Shown: one piece after another, positions 34,705 to 46,119 of the stretch
How the letters are laid out: each line of letters opens with the position of its first letter
Numbering within the stretch: the stretch's first letter is position 1
Source of the DNA: an uncultured Nitrososphaeraceae archaeon
GTDB taxonomy: Archaea > Thermoproteota > Nitrososphaeria > Nitrososphaerales > Nitrososphaeraceae
Reading direction: 5' to 3'
Length of the DNA: 64,000 nt
Assembly (NCBI GenBank): GCA_963825865.1
Contig: CAWGVG010000021.1
Location: 1-64,000 of the forward strand
The notes under the pieces: model-generated
Told to the model about the DNA's origin: nothing
The model's database searches: none
Seen by the model: only the letters and a program-made list of their open reading frames with translations
Program-made: the position numbers and the translations under genes

Positions 34705-36360
34705 TTGTTCAAAGGTAACGTAGCATTACCAAGTGCCAAAAATCTGATAGGTAGATTATGTGATTATGCTCAGGATGAAGAGAAAATCAATAGACTTGAA
34801 GTATTAAACAACACATATCTGAAAGGTTTAAACGGAAATGAAATAAAGGGAGTGACGCAACTTTTAGAGACTTTAACAACAATCCATGGTGGAAACAAAG
34901 GTTCCGCAACAAAAATTTTAAAAAATATTTGCCAGGTTTTGGATGAGGAGGAAGACGGGTCTAGCAAAAATGGTGCTACCCAGCTATTGATACAGTTAGC
35001 AAAGGATAACACTTTGCTATTTTTCAAGGACCAGTATGATATAACATATGCAAAGGTCAAGGTAGCACAGCATAGTGAGATAATAGCACTCGGAAGCGGT
35101 AAATTTGAATACTTTGTTAGCAAGATATATTACGACTATACCCGAGGGGAAGTAGTAGGCCAAGAATCATTAAACAACGCCATCCGTGTTCTAGTGGCAC
35201 AAACTCTGTTTGACAGTACAACGACTAGGACATTAAATTTAAGGGTTGCATGGGGAGAACAAAAAGGTAGAGGAAATCTATTATGACTTGGCAGACTCGG
35301 AACTGGCGATGCATCAAGATAACTCAACAACGATGGCACATAGTAGCACAAGACTCTCCTGTGTTATTTACCAGGTTCAATCAAAAGGCACAGGTTGAAC
35401 CAGATAGAAATTATTCAGATGATATATTTGACAAGTTTCTTGATCTAATGCATATTAATGACCAAGGACATAGATTATTGACCAAAGTCTGGATTGTATC
35501 GTTGCTGATACCGGATGTTCCACATCCCATTAATATTACATTTGGTGAAAAAGGTAGTTCAAAATCTACATTTTGTAGGTTTGTAAAGAGGCTTATTGAT
35601 CCAGACAAGATAGAACTACTAACCATTCCAAAGGACAAGTCAGAATTTGTACAGCAACTCTATCATAATTATCTTGCCGTGTATGATAACGTAAAAAAGT
35701 TGCCATATTGGTTTTCTGATGAAGCTTGCAAAGCTGTCACAGGAGTTGGTAACAGCAAAAGAAGTTTGTATACTAATGACGAAGACATAATTTACAACTA
35801 CAAGCGCTGTCTGATGATAAATGGCATCAACAACAGTCTAACTGAGCCTGATGCTTTAGACCGCAGCATATTAACAGAATTTGATAGAATATTCCTGAAC
35901 AAAGAAGGGAAGAAGCAAAGGTAGAAGCAGAGTTTGAGGAAATGCGAGCCTAAACTTCTAGGATATATTTTAGATATTTTAGTCAAGGCATTGCAAATCA
36001 AATCAACTATAGAATTAATCAATCTTCCTAGGATGGCTGATTTTGCAGTTTGGGGTGAAGCCATTGCAAGAGCCATGGGATATAAGCCGATGGAATTTGT
36101 TAATGCATACAACGAAAATATAGGAAGACAAAATGTAGAAGCAATTGAATCCAATCTATTAGCTCAGGCAATAGATAAGTTTGTTGACAGTTGGTATAAA
36201 GAAGAGCAAAAGGTAACCTTTGGGAAGGTTCAACTAAAGAAGCATTAGAACAATTAAACAAAATCTCCCAGGCATACAAAATAGATACCACCAGTAAAGC
36301 ATGGCCCAAAGCTGGCCAACTCTCTGACAAGAAGGCTAAGACCTATACTATCAAACCTAC
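34705..36360 (+). CDS. Primase C-terminal region plus SF3-like helicase/ATPase domain of the replicase (frameshifted)
   Basis: DEEKINRL primase C-terminal-like segment; Walker A GEKGSSKST, VYDN, motif C INGIN, DALDRSI arginine finger, LPRMADFAVWGEAI. Confidence 0.7.
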
Positions 36361-36460
36361 GTGAGGGTCTTGGAATTAATGTTGTTATCGGTAGACAAAC
36401 CACTAGTAACGGTACTGACAGTAAAAACAAAGAAGAATACGTCTACCATAAGAATAGAGA

Positions 36461-36650
36461 AAATATCTCCACTACCTCCACCATCTCCACCAGACCAAAA
36501 TCACGCACAAAATCAAGGCAAAAGCGGTGGAGATATTTTAGATAGTGGAGATAATATCTCCACCCAACAGCAAATACCTCCACCAGAAAATGGCCAAAAT
36601 CACGCTCAAAAAACAGAAAGTGGAGGTAGTGGACATAGTGGAGGTATTAT
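36461..36650. repeat. Iteron-like array of CTCCAC/GTGGAG repeats in both orientations (putative origin, within the coding linker)
   Basis: About 10 copies counted by eye; triplets at the two ends form an inverted repeat. Confidence 0.6.
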
Positions 36651-36699
36651 TCCGACCTTAAAAGAGGAGAAAGTAGCAATACGGAAACATATGTTACAA

Positions 36700-38692
36700 A
36701 CAATCTTTAAAAAGATATGTTGCATTTGACTTCGAATGGTCATTCCTCGGAAGAATCTTCCTCTTCTACATGCAATTTTAGGACAGTCAGCCTTTGTGGA
36801 CAGTAATGGAAACTATAAGGTAATACATATATCAGATTATTCTGATAAAATCTGCTAATTCAGAAGCACGAACTTTTATTAAATATTAATCAAAGGAGCT
36901 GTTAAAGTATGACTATTCAATAGGATGGTATTCAACTGGTGTTGCTAAATACCACGAAGACACACAAGAATACCTTGATGGAGTTGACTCTGATCTTGTC
37001 GTATTACACAATAGGTGTATTGCAAATGGTATAGATTCTATAGTCAATTTTAACAGCGGGTACTCCATATATTAGAAGCCATCACATATCGACTTCACAA
37101 TGTTTTTAGCAAACCAATGGTGCAAACTATTATTTTCAAGAACGCGTATCGAATCTAAGACTAGATGAAGTATCAAAGGCAATATTATCAGATAATCTGA
37201 GGGTCTAGGAGTAATGAACAGGAAAATACAGAGGACTAACAGGCAAAGACATTCAATCCTTTCAGTTGAAGAGCAGAAGAAGTATGTTCTACGGGATGCA
37301 GGATGGTAATGCGACTTTCAAAGCATAACAATAGTGAAGTTCTTGATGCTATGAAGGCATATCAGAGATAACTGGACTTGAGTTTTGAAAGAGTATGTAG
37401 GACTGGAATATCAACGTGGTGGGCAGCTATTTTTGATAAGATGGTACATGATGGAGAATGTGAAGAACCACCTGTGGTTGCTTCAATTGAGAGAATCAAG
37501 AACAAAAATCTGAAATACAATATATTGGGGGAATTGTCCTTCAACCAAAAAAGGGACTTTATCATAACTTGATTGTTGTAGACGTTACTAGTTTATACCC
37601 TACAATGGCAATACTTCACAACATATCATTTGATACAGTTAACTGTGGATGCTGTGAAGATAATCTTGCAATGCAGAATAGACAAAGGAATTACAAAGGA
37701 CTGCAAAATAGAAAAAGAGTATTGGGTATGCAAACAAAAAGAAGGTTCATTTCCAAAGAAGTTAAAAGTATTCAGAGAAGAGAGACTAAAACAAAAGAAT
37801 CTAGGAAATCAAGTTAAAACAGCTAGCATTAAAGACTCTAATCAATGGTGGATATGGTGTCTTTGGAAGTCGATATTTCAAGTATTATGGCCCAAGGGTG
37901 GCAGAACTAATCACAGCTTATGGTAGATTCACTCTATTAAGAATGCAAGAAATTGCCAAAAGTATGGGATTTGAGATTGTCTACGGTGACACTGACTCTT
38001 TATTCCTTTACAACCCATCTTATGGCAGTAGTGGAGCCGTTCCAAGCCGTGATATTATTTCAAGATTCCAAGAAGAATGTGGTAAGCAATTAGGTGTTGA
38101 AGCCGAGCATGCCAAAACATACCAAACTGCAGTAATTTCTGATAAGAAAAAACATTATGTTGGTTGGACTGTCATAGAAGGAAAAGAACCAGACATTGTA
38201 GGAATGGAAGGAGATAAGAATGATAGGCCTAAATGGATTAACACTGTTTTTAGACAGACAGTACGTGACATTGTTAATAACGCAGATCCTATAGTTAATC
38301 TACGGAAAGCAATTTCGGGTTTAGAATCAGGTCATGTAGATCCAGAATTACTAAAAAGATTTAATAGGCTATCCAAAAATCCAGAAGAATATGAGAACGA
38401 AAATGATCGTAAACGCAAGATAGGGTTAGCAATTGGTGCGAGAAAAGGAGATATTATCGAGTATTTCGAATCAGACAACAATAAAGAGGGATATTCTCTA
38501 AATCCGCAAGACATCAGTGTTAAGAAATACAAGATTATGCTGTGGAAAGCAGTCAAGGACATTCTGGAAATTGCAGGTTATGATACTGCAGCATTAGAAC
38601 ATGAATTAGTTTATACAAACATGACCACACAGCAAAGCCTCCCAGTGGCGTGGTCGGGTTACGCTAATTTGCATACAGGAGGTGAGATATAA
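36700..38692 (+). CDS. polB: Family B DNA polymerase (exonuclease plus polymerase), multiply frameshifted
   Basis: ExoI YVAFDFEWS, ExoII GWYS...DSDL, ExoIII KYVLRDA, motif A VVDVTSLYPT, motif B KTLINGGYGVFG, motif C YGDTDS, KKHY. Confidence 0.85.
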
Positions 38693-38693
38693 T

Positions 38694-39049
38694 TTGGCAT
38701 CAGAAAGTCAAGTATTAAGTCCTAAAGCCAAGGAAAATTTGCAGAGAAATGCAGAGTGTAAGACAAAAGGACAACAAGTTTATAAAAATAGAGCCAAGCG
38801 AGAAGAGAATTTTGCAATTCAATCCAGAGAAAATCGAGCAAGTAGAAGCAGAATTTAACGGAAAGAAGAGTCAAAGATATAGATACACAGTTACAGACCC
38901 AGCAGTGGAGCAATCAAGAAAAGTATCTAGAAGTAGGAAAACGAACTTCTGAAGACATTGACGCATATTTAAGTGAAGGAAAAACATTACTTAAAATTCA
39001 AAGGTTTGGCTTAGGCAAGGATACACGATACCACGTTACACCTGCCTAA
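38694..39049 (+). CDS. Putative OB-fold single-stranded DNA-binding protein (indels)
   Basis: GGAGGTGA Shine-Dalgarno before TTG 38694; KFIKIEPSEKRILQF...LLKIQRFGLGKDTRYHVTPA resembles phage gp32-type SSB C-termini. Confidence 0.55.
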
Positions 39050-39366
39050 AGTAACCAAACCTTCTCTATTATTTTTTGTTAGAAATATAACATTGTAATA
39101 TATATAAAGTTAAAAGACTAGGTTTGTACTAATATACTACCATATATTATGTACCTGCGATAGTCAAAATGGTACTTTGGTTTTATGAAAGAAAAATAAA
39201 TAAACCTTCAATAGTATAGCATTTAAAAAAGTTTTTTCTTTTGAGATAAAGTCATGTAATAACAACGAATCCCATGATCAGTCTCTATTTTTTCTTCAGA
39301 TCATATTGACGTATTGTAGTCATATTCCATTAAAAAGGTATATGCAACCTACAAGGACTAGTTTTT

Positions 39367-40110
39367 ATGCCATCAACCATCACTTTTTACGGTGTAGTCC
39401 ATGAGATAGGTGGAAACAAATTTCTTGTGGAAGACAAAGGAACTAAGATTTTCTTGAATTTTGGAATGCAGATGGGTAAGGTTAACCAATATTTTACAGA
39501 ATTTCTGAATCCTCGTACATGTAATGGAATGGGCGATCTGTTTGCATTTGGATTATTACCAAAACTCAAAGGACTCTACAGAAAGGATTATGCCAAACAT
39601 ACAGATTTTGGTGGCAGTGAAGATAATGAAATAGATGCTATAGTCTTAACCCATGCACACGTAGATCATGGAGCTTATATTCACTATCTGAGACCGAGCA
39701 TTCCTATTTACTGTTCAGAAGCAACCATGTTGATAATGCAAGCATTTCAAGACACTGGATCTTTTGAAAAAGTATGTTACCTTTAAGGAAAACTTCATGG
39801 TTAGATTAAACCAGATAGGCGATCTTTCGAATATAAAAGGCAAGGAAATGAGTTATCCAAGAAAAGTTCGAACCTTTCAGGACTAGAAGAAGTTTAATGT
39901 AGATTCTATCGAAGTTGAAGTATTTCCAGTAGACCTTTTACCTTCCCGGTGCTTGTGGTTTCGTATTGCATACTTCAACTGGGTCTATAGGTTATACCGG
40001 AGATATTCGTTTTCATGGTAGAAGAAGATCAGACACACAAAAGTTTGTAGAAAGGTGCGGAAATTCAGATCTTAATATTTTATTGTGCGAGGGAACTCGC
40101 ATCCTGCCAT
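39367..40110 (+). pseudogene. Metallo-beta-lactamase-fold ribonuclease (RNase J/beta-CASP-like), truncated
   Basis: FYGVVHEIGGNK, LTHAHVDH, YTGDIRFHG, LLCEGTR; ends after the MBL domain. Confidence 0.75.
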
Positions 40111-40235
40111 AAAAAGTTGCATTTGGTTGATGGAATTGCATTGAGGATTTGTAACTGTAGCAAAGTTGAAAATGATAAGATCCATAGAGTTGATGACAAA
40201 AGTCAAACCTTTTGGACTTTTATAATGGATACATA

Positions 40236-41330
40236 TTAAGTAGCATTATTCTTTTCTAAGAACTTTAAGGTCTCCTGTAGGGTCGGAGGTTCAGAAAATG
40301 GACTTGTAATATATAAATATGCGTATGCATTTGAAAATACTAACTGTTCTTCCTCTCTAAGATCAATGATTTTGCTCACAATATTTGCTGCATCCCAAGC
40401 ATCTCCTGCACCAGTCAACGTATGAGGATTCTTTACCTTAAATGAATGAGCAAATACGGATCTTTTACCATCTGACCAGACTGCGCCATTTTTAATATGC
40501 ACATTTGTATTAATATTTATTTTATTGGCCAGCACTTTTGCTAATTCTTTTAGCCTATTAACTGCTCTAATTTTGCCATTATCTTCACTGTATTCAAAAG
40601 AATTATCGCTATCATATATAATATCAGATAAAGTATCAGATTTCAATCCTAAAGCAGTTAATATTGAGTTACACTCATTTTCATTTATACTAAGAGTATT
40701 TCTCTTACCAGAAAATTGTGGCAAATCATCGATAAACTCTTTTTTTCTACTTTCTATGTCGGCAGGATCTAATAAGTGAAGTGCATGATAAGAGTTTTTG
40801 AATGCATACTCTACAAGTTCAGTTCCTTTTAAATTACTTCCCCAATTGACTACCATTACACCATCAGCATCCTGCAATATCCTTCTAGTATCCTCGTTAT
40901 CTATACGATCAGGTCCAAAAAAGGCAATATCGCCAACATCGTTTAGCATTATATTTACTTTTGAATGGAGATCGCCTTGAAACTCCATTACTACAGTGTG
41001 GCCATGTTTTCCATGGGAAACTCTGAGTTCTACTCTGTCACCAAATTGAGAGAATTGCTGTTTTAATATATTTGAACCAATTTCGTTAGCAATGGTAAAG
41101 AGCACCACTTTTACTCCCAGTCTTGCAAGACAATACGCAATATTCACAGCATTTCCACCTTTAACATCTGAAATAGAGACATTGCGAATACTTCCTCCCC
41201 CAAATTTTTCTTTTTCAGAAATAATTTCAAACAATTCCTTAGTCGATTGCAACCTAACAAAGCGATCAAGGAAGAAATCGGGCATCACCACGATAGAATA
41301 ATTTTCTAATTCAAAGTCTTTATCAATCAT
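40236..41330 (-). CDS. PfkB/ribokinase-family carbohydrate kinase
   Basis: VVMPDFFLDR, KGGNAVNIAYCLARLG, INENE, TLTGAGDAWDAA. Confidence 0.88.
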   Translation of the reverse strand: MIDKDFELENYSIVVMPDFFLDRFVRLQSTKELFEIISEKEKFGGGSIRNVSISDVKGGNAVNIAYCLARLGVKVVLFTIANEIGSNILKQQFSQFGDRVELRVSHGKHGHTVVMEFQGDLHSKVNIMLNDVGDIAFFGPDRIDNEDTRRILQDADGVMVVNWGSNLKGTELVEYAFKNSYHALHLLDPADIESRKKEFIDDLPQFSGKRNTLSINENECNSILTALGLKSDTLSDIIYDSDNSFEYSEDNGKIRAVNRLKELAKVLANKININTNVHIKNGAVWSDGKRSVFAHSFKVKNPHTLTGAGDAWDAANIVSKIIDLREEEQLVFSNAYAYLYITSPFSEPPTLQETLKFLEKNNAT

Positions 41331-41531
41331 TTGTATGATAAATATAGCTATATTCAAGATGTTAATATGAATATATCTATATTTCAAAGTCTGATGTAAT
41401 GAGGGAAGAAGGTGTAAGGTTACTTGCATTCTTATCTCATAGATTAAACTTTAATATAAAATCCTCTTAACTATTCTACCATCCTATTTATTGGTTAGTG
41501 TCAAATATGTATATTATCACAGATATATGAT

Positions 41532-42711
41532 ATGCTGTAGGTATCTAATCGTAGTTTGTATCTTATTCTCATGTTATTTCCTGTTTGTAACTTTTTCGTT
41601 TGGTGAATCAATAAACGAATTTAATACTCCAACATGAGTAGCATAGAATCAAATAAAGGAAGATACTTACAAGGCGAAGCTGTAAATATTAATGGGACTC
41701 TATGGAATGACAAAGTAAATAAAACTAACACTTGTGTTCCACCTAGGACTAACCTAACATTACAGGTAAAACCGATTAACCATAACTTAACCCTTGAAGT
41801 GGATACATCAATTCATCTCAATGGCTGTTCTTTTAGTCACACTTTCGTAAATATATGGGATGTAGGTAAATATGAAATCATTTCTTCAATCGAAAATAAA
41901 ACTCTAGGCCGGACAACTATTGAAATAATCCCTATTTATTGGACACCTGTTCTTCTGGTTTTTAGATGATAAGTTTATGTTTTTTTAGTGCCTTGATGTT
42001 GTCAATTTATTTTTATGCCAGAAAACATACACACATTTATCCGAAATCCAAGTGCTTGGTTATCTCTTTTTCAAGAGGATGGTTTTACGTATTATGGAAA
42101 AACGATCTAAGAACGTAACATTCAAGAAAAAGATATGAGTTTTTATGTTTATATAGACATATTGCGCTTTGTTTGTATTTCAGGAATGGTTATCTTTTTT
42201 ATAATTTCTTTCTTCTCACTTACTTCAGAAATAGGTGGCAATGGACCCATTGGTTTAGTATTGAGGCATATGTCTAACTCTTCCAAAAGCAGTAATACGG
42301 ACATTATGGAAGAGCAATCTACCCGGCAAGTTTGGGTTTTCAACGTAGGAGGAACTTCAACTAGTAAGTCCTATATCTGGTCTTAATATCCCTATTTTTG
42401 TCATATTGGTCGGCGTAGTGGGTGGTTACATTAGATATCTTTACAAAGCAGCAACAAAACGAGATGTGTATGTAGCAACGGCACACAAAGATAACCAGGA
42501 CTCCATAAGCCCTGGAAAATTTGGACATGAAACATTTGAAGAGATTTCGGAAATTATACTTGCTGGCTTACTAGCGATAATTGTCTGGTTTATAATTTCA
42601 CAGGGAACTATAAATACTAATATATATACGCTGGGAGCAGTAAGTCTCACTGTAGGATTAATTACAAAAGAAATTGTCCAAATTCTTAAAAATTTTTCGA
42701 AGAAATTTTAG
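41532..42711 (+). CDS. Membrane protein with N-terminal extracellular beta-rich domain (split into ORFs 41634, 42135, 42406)
   Basis: Collinear fragments; hydrophobic segments DILRFVCISG, GVVGGYIRYLY, LTVGLITKEI. Confidence 0.5.
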
Positions 42712-43205
42712 CGGGAGTGAGTCAAAAGTAACCTAAGATTATGGTCCCAAGTGGATGTAAATCAAATTTGACATGATTTTCAGGTTCGTCTTACTTCGAT
42801 TTCTATTACACAGGTTCTTAAGTTCTTTAAAAATTGTATATAATACCACTCATATTGCTTTATACTAAGCTCGTGAAATCCTTGCCAAAGCCTTCCTTTT
42901 CTGCCCTCTTAGATAGGTTAATGACGTTTTCTTTTGTTGCCTGTTCTCCTATTTGTGGTAAGGTTATTCCAACTTTCACACGTTGATGCTTTTATTATCA
43001 CTCCTACTAATATTATTTATCATCGTCGTTGTTGCTGGTCATTATTTGATTTCTTCCAAATACCAGAATAGCATATTTGATAGTGCCAGTATGAAGACTT
43101 TCTTTACTAGCCTTGACATACCTAAAGCCAGTAGAGTAATTGTGTTTGGGACATCAGGTATACAAATGAAGAAATATATTTGAAGCTAGTAGTAGAAACA
43201 TTATT

Positions 43206-43656
43206 GTGAAAGAAATGATATCCAAGATTCTTGTTGCCATGGATGGTTCAGAGTCATCGGTAAGGGCTTATGAATACGCTTCTTTTTTAGCCAAAAAATG
43301 TGATGCCACTCTACTTATTGTAAACATAAATGATACATTTGAAAGAATATCACATAATATTAAAGAATTTAGAGAAATTGCTAAGCAGATAGAAGAAGGA
43401 GGTGGAACAGCAGTAACTATACAAGTTCTTGAAGATTATCAGTCTCGTGCCAAAGATTCTGGGATAAAAAGATGTAAAAACAATAAGACGTGAAGGAAAT
43501 GCAGTCGTAGAAATATTGCTCATAGCAGATGAAGAGAAGGCGGATACTATAGTAATTGGCAGTACAGGTATGAATGCAGTTAAAGAATTTCCGCTAGGTG
43601 GTGTATCTCATAAAGTCATTCATCAGGCAAAATGCCCTGTTACTGTTGTTAGGTAA
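43206..43656 (+). CDS. Universal stress protein (UspA family), indel near 43470
   Basis: KILVAMDGSESSVRA ... EGNAVVEIL..A.EEKADTIVIGSTG ... LGGVSHKVIHQAKCPVTVVR. Confidence 0.88.
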
Positions 43657-44283
43657 AAGAAGAGATGAGACCTCCAATATAGCGCAGTCAAAAAGTCTGT
43701 GAATCTTCCCATAATTGATATCAAATTATGTAGTTTATGCTTTGTTGCACGATTCAGAAATGTCGCTTTTATTAGTTGATTTCATTATATGTCATACTAG
43801 CACATATGCGAAATGGACCTATCCAGTTGGAGATTTCAGACATAATTGAGACTGGGGAATAATTTGATTATGCAATTTTCAAGTTAGTTTTGTTGTTGTT
43901 GTTGATTAGTTCCTAACATGTGTTTGATTGCTTTTGGATGTTCTTTGCGAGTCTTACAATTGTAATAAACAATGATTTGATAGAGCAGTAGTCCTGATAG
44001 CAGGACTAGTCAAGCTGCTTTCTGGTACCCTCTTATTGACAAAGGATTCTACTGGAACATCTTTGATGTGTTCTATTAACGGCTCTATTGATATGCCTCT
44101 CCAAGAGTAAATTATCTGTCCTAATTCAGACTCATAGGGCTCATTTTTGATATCTTGCCAGAGTTCAGTTCCTAATGGAGACCCTTCAGAAATCCTTTCT
44201 GGGTTTGGCTATGACTAGATAAAATGCCATATGAATCTCTGCAACATCATTACATAAAAAGATGGTTTGCGTTAAGAGTAGAT

Positions 44284-44568
44284 AAAATACCTCCACTATC
44301 TCCACTACCTCCACCAAAGCCAAACTCGTGCTCAAATTTAGTCCAAAAACGGTGGAGATATTCTTAGTTGCTGTATACAATATCTCCACCTTTCAACAAA
44401 TACCTCCACCTAATAGTGCAGAAAATAATGTGCCAGCCATTGACGGTGGAGATATTGCAGCCATTGGTGGACATATGCCTTTACGATACCTCCACTAAAA
44501 GAAGTAAAATCATATTCCTTTTTCAAAATAAGCAAAAGTGGAGATGGTGGAGATAGTGGACATATTTT
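44284..44568. repeat. Second iteron-like CTCCAC/GTGGAG array
   Basis: About 12 copies counted by eye; same triplet-ended palindromic layout as 36461-36650. Confidence 0.6.
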
Positions 44569-45121
44569 CGGTATTGTTGTGTAGTATATAAAATAAATAA
44601 AAAATCATTCAACATATTAAAAAATTAATGTCATCAGTATATTACTTCCCTATTGAGTTCAATTTGAAATAAATTGGTAGCAGGTGATATCAGATGAAGA
44701 CAGGTGGAAACAAGGAGGGAGCAGGGGTAACAAAATTGGTAACAGGTGGTAGGAGCCCTTATCATTCTTTTTTATTGTGTATTTATTAAACAAGTTAGAT
44801 GGTATTAACAAGACAGCAAAGGGAAAGACTTGTTCTCGATCTCTACAGTCAAGGTAAAAACACGCGCGAGATAGCAGAAGAAGCCAGAATGTCATTTAGT
44901 GCTATAGGCGCCATTCTGAAAAAAGCAGAGGAAGAAAAGGAGGCACAGGGAGAGCAAGAACAAAAGCTGTCTCTAGCCTCTCAAGCTTACAAACTATTTT
45001 CAGAACCTAAAAAACTCTGGCACAAGTAGCTATTGCATTGAACCTAAGGGAGCCTGAGGTAACCAAATTTTACATGGAGTATTGTAAGCTAACTCAACTT
45101 GACAGCTTTTGTCGGATTTAT

Positions 45122-46119
45122 TGCTCTGTTGCATAATTCATTAGGATTTTAGGTTATGCAAACCGTTAGTAGGTTATTCGATTGAACATGTTATACAGAG
45201 CTGCCTTTAGGAGGATCTCTTTTACCATGTGAGGAAACTTTCTAGCTGTTACATGTTCACCAAATGTTCTTTTAATGGAAGAGAATGCTGTTTCTGCTAT
45301 CCACCTGTACCCATAGCTCACGCTACGCTTCCATTTTTTGAGGTTTGCTTGTTGTCTTACTACAGACATATTCCTAGCATAACAGTTAGTTGACTTGACC
45401 TTGGAATTACTTCTTGTCTTTATACCAGGCTTAATGTGGTTCTTTGATAGGTATCTAAAATTCTTATTGCTGTTGTACATACCATCTGCTAATATACCCT
45501 TCAGATTATTATTTTCAGAAGCATTGTCTACTAACTTCTTTAGCATCTTACCATCATGTACCTCTTCACTTGTTACCTCCAGAGATACAATTCTTTTCTT
45601 CTCGATATCAACTGCTATGTGTATCTTTAGATATCCTTTTCTGACATGCCATTTGTGGTGCATCCATTCCCCTCGATTAGCTACCTTAATGCCGGTGCTG
45701 TCTAAAGCAATGACAATATCATTTCCTAATTTTTCATCGATTTTAATCTCTAGCCTGTTTATACGTCTATTAATGGTACTATAATGTGGTGTGTTTGATA
45801 CTTCTTTACTTGCATGAGCTATGACTACACCCTGTGTTTGTCTATATGGTAGATGGAAATATGCTCTCATGTAACCTAGAAGCTGAATAAATGAATTTGG
45901 GTAGCAGTAGGGCTCACCAACCTTACCAAGGTTCATTTGACATAATTCATGATCCCATCCATCAAGTACATCAAAATCCAAGAGTACTTGACCACGCCTA
46001 ACTAGTGATTCATTATAGCAAGGCCAGTCAACCATACCAGAATAATTAATACTAGCAAGCTAAATGGTGAGTGGTCAAATAAGTATCACTTACAAGATAA
46101 TTAATCATGCAACAAAGCA
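45122..46119 (-). mobile_element. IS5 family insertion sequence, copy 1
   Basis: TIR TGCTCTGTTGCATAATT / AATCATGCAACAAAGCA; 8-bp TSD GGATTTAT (45114-45121 and 46120-46127). Confidence 0.92.
45166..46035 (-). CDS. IS5 family transposase (IS903-like)
   Basis: W..YNESLVRRG, PHYSTINRR, ALDSTGIK, YLKIHIAVD, LADGMY, YGYRWIAETAFS. Confidence 0.92.
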   Translation of the reverse strand: MVDWPCYNESLVRRGQVLLDFDVLDGWDHELCQMNLGKVGEPYCYPNSFIQLLGYMRAYFHLPYRQTQGVVIAHASKEVSNTPHYSTINRRINRLEIKIDEKLGNDIVIALDSTGIKVANRGEWMHHKWHVRKGYLKIHIAVDIEKKRIVSLEVTSEEVHDGKMLKKLVDNASENNNLKGILADGMYNSNKNFRYLSKNHIKPGIKTRSNSKVKSTNCYARNMSVVRQQANLKKWKRSVSYGYRWIAETAFSSIKRTFGEHVTARKFPHMVKEILLKAALYNMFNRITY

